64,000 bases of DNA from Octopus sinensis (taxonomy: Eukaryota). The stretch is from assembly GCF_006345805.1 (NCBI RefSeq), contig NC_043022.1, positions 9,424,001 to 9,488,000 of the forward strand, in the 5' to 3' direction. The notes under the pieces were generated by a model that was given only the letters and a program-made list of their open reading frames with translations, was not told where the DNA came from and made no database searches. A program made the translations under genes and the position numbers. This document shows positions 61,414 to 64,000 of the stretch, one piece after another (position 1 is the stretch's first letter; each line of letters starts with the position of its first letter).

Positions 61414-63454
61414 TTCGCTAACACAATAAACTGTCTTAACAGGCAAACTAAAGTAGATGGTAGCCATCAACTCTGAAACCCTTGCAGGGTTACTCTAAGA
61501 TATAAAGATTATCTCTAACAGTGTATCTTGCAATCAAAAAAAAGTAGTTTAAACTGCATCTGGTTGTGGGGCCCTGGTTCAAGAATTCCAGGATGGAACC
61601 ACCTCAGAGCTGTTATTGTTCCTAGGTCTACTCTAACCTAGAGTAGAAGCACCTGTCAAGGTTCTAGATATAGGTAAACAGGGAGATCCTGGTCCAGCAA
61701 TTCCAGGGTTTTGAGAGATGGGGAACCAACTCTTAGCCTCTATTATTCTCAGGTCTACTCTGACCCAGAGTAATAATCCCTGCCAAGATGAATTAATAGA
61801 GCTATGAATTAATAGTGGGGTCCTGGAACAGGAGTTCCAAGGGTTTGAAGAGTGTGGAACCATCCATTAGCCACCATTGTTCCCAGTTTTCTCTGACCTG
61901 GTGTAATAGCACCTGTGAGGGTTCTATCAATGGGTTAATTAGTATGTAACCACCTGAGCCAGGGTATGCTGAAATCATGAGATGCAGCATGGTGGATTGA
62001 ACTATTTTGGCAAATGACTCTTATTGACTCTCGTTAGATGCTGAACAGATAATAATCTATCAAATGGCCAGGAAACCCCTGCTATCATCGGCAGTCATGG
62101 TGTGTGCAGATGAGATATTTCAGCTGTCAGAAGCCCAGTGTGACTAAAACTTGAGCCAAGCATTCATGCCACATCTGGTGTGAAAGGGTTGCATTAGTCT
62201 GGGCAAATCACTCAACTGGATGATGATGATGAGGATGGTGATGACATCAGCATTGTGGAATGTGAAGAGTAATACAAGACACTATAGAAGTCCTAGTCTT
62301 TCCCTGCATCCAGATGTGCCTCCATCTGCCTTGACTTTGGCTTCATTCCATATCAAGGCAGGAAGAGAAACTGAGACCAAGTAAACATGAACCATTCACT
62401 TGCAAGTTACAATATCAAGCAATGCTTTGGTCATCCTTCTGCAGATGAATGAACAAGGACTCCTCCTCATCATCCTCATTGTCATCATTTAATGTCCACT
62501 TTCCTTGCTGGCATTGGTTTAATAGTTTGACAAGATTTGGCAAGCCACAGTGCTACATCAAGCTCCAGAGTTTGCTTTGGCATGGTTTCTACAACAGCAT
62601 GCCCTTCCTAACACTGACTATTTTACAGCGTGTACTGGATGCTTTTTTGGCATTACCAGAGCTAGTGAGATTTCCAAGTAACTTACAAGACAGCAAAAGA
62701 AAAATTAATATGAAAAGGAAACAGCCTCCTCCACTGTGTTAATAAAAAGGTAACACTAAATAATTATTTCTAATATATGCACAAGGCCTTAAATTTGGTG
62801 GGGAGGGGGCTAGTCAATTGCATTGACCCCAGTACTTGACTTGTACTTATTTTATCGACCCTGGAAGAATAAAAGATAAAGTCAGCCTTGGTGGGATTTG
62901 AACTCAGAACATAAAGCTGAAAGAATAGCTGCAAATCATTTTGTCTGACATGCTAAAGATTCTGCTACCTTGCTACTTTGTTAACACTAAACAGTGTTGC
63001 CATAGATACAACTATGCTTGAAAAAAGGATCGCAGTTGGTGTTGTGGTGAGAGTCACTGAAACCCCTGGGGCATTGGAAGAATAGACTAGCCGAACTCTT
63101 ATAAAAAGTAGTGTATTGGTTGAGACCAAGGTTGGAAGGAGTTGTTAAGAGGGTGTTCTGGTGTCTTGTGATGTACTTTGTGTGAACACATTGATTTTAC
63201 CTGCACATCGTTAAATTATATATCCAATGTTTGTCTAGGATATAAAAGTTGGGAAAGCTTTAGTCACAAGTCTGCTTGATCAGAATTGACTCGGGCTGAA
63301 CCACAACCACTACTTATAATTAAATATATCATCATAGACTCCTGGGTGTCACTGTCTTGAGACCCATGATCCACTTACCTGGTTTCTATGGCATGATAAG
63401 TGATTGAGCTTACAATGTTCCCCTCTGAATTAAACACCTGTCAGTCACAGGGTT

Positions 63455-63722
63455 ACTCATTTACAGCTGAGTGGACTGGGGCAACATGAAATGAAGTGTT
63501 TCGCTTAAGAACAGAACACACTACCCAGTCCAGGAATTGAAACCACAATCATGTGATCATGAGTCCAACACACTATATACTAATTTTTACCAGCTGAGTG
63601 GACTGGGGCAACGTAAAATGAAGTGTTTTGCTTAAGGACACAATACACTACCCAGTCCAGGAATTGAAACCACAATCTTGGGTTAATGAGTGCAATATCC
63701 TAACCACTAGGCTACACACCTT
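63455..63722 (-). mobile_element. Two partial tandem CORE-type SINE C copies
   Basis: CAGCTGAGTGGACTGGGGCAAC...CCAGTCCAGGAATTGAAACCACAATC occurs twice, about 127 bp apart. Confidence 0.65.
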
Positions 63723-64000
63723 TGCAATTAAATATATTCAGCTGTAAAAAGAAATCCAGCAATGATATAACAGCTGAGAAATGATTTGAACTTATGATCT
63801 TATGGTCAATAAAGAGAAATAAATACTTCTATCACTTATTTCAGCCATTGAACTGTGGCCATGCTGGGGCATGCCTTGAAGGATGTAGATAAACAAATCA
63901 ACCCAATTACTTATATTACCCTGTATATTTTCGTTCAGAAATGTCTATTAAATATACATTTGAAGGAAAATATACGTTCACTGTACTTTGAGATGTCTGT

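Noticed and set aside
62990-63150. Faint resemblance to an R4/Dong-type LINE C-terminus
   Set aside because: Too degenerate to support by eye.

Overview
AT-rich, repeat-dominated animal genomic DNA. The SINE, MITE and microsatellite content matches my recollection of octopus (coleoid cephalopod) DNA; this is inferred, not database-checked. The only host gene I can support is the first coding exon of an XBP1-like bZIP gene on the minus strand (9665-9214). It ends RKRRRLTHLSPEEKIQRR at a GT donor. Upstream lie a CRE plus CCAAT promoter candidate and a 7-codon uORF. Exon 2 is not in the window, so 1-9213 is probably intron 1 and 9.9-64 kb is upstream or intergenic. The rest is a TE mosaic: three tRNA-derived SINE families, Tc1/mariner, CR1/L2, RTE, Tx1 and Penelope remnants, Helentron-type elements and several MITE families. 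Most ORF-track entries are microsatellite artefacts. The most unusual structures are: (1) two unrelated palindromes, each built from two outward-facing arms carrying hammerhead-ribozyme-like folds (25.0-25.4 kb and 39.4-39.7 kb); (2) a SINE present as one head plus 1-4 bodies with one invariant junction whose two sides are complementary; (3) a GG-terminal MITE family with 8-bp TSDs carrying TTAGGG repeats and a CRE/CCAAT module, all 8 copies clustered 2-25 kb upstream of XBP1, plus a 66-bp TTAGGG mini-MITE; (4) an 8-unit ~167-bp satellite expanded inside a TTAA-flanked MITE. All were read by eye; novelty needs Dfam, Rfam and genome-wide checks.
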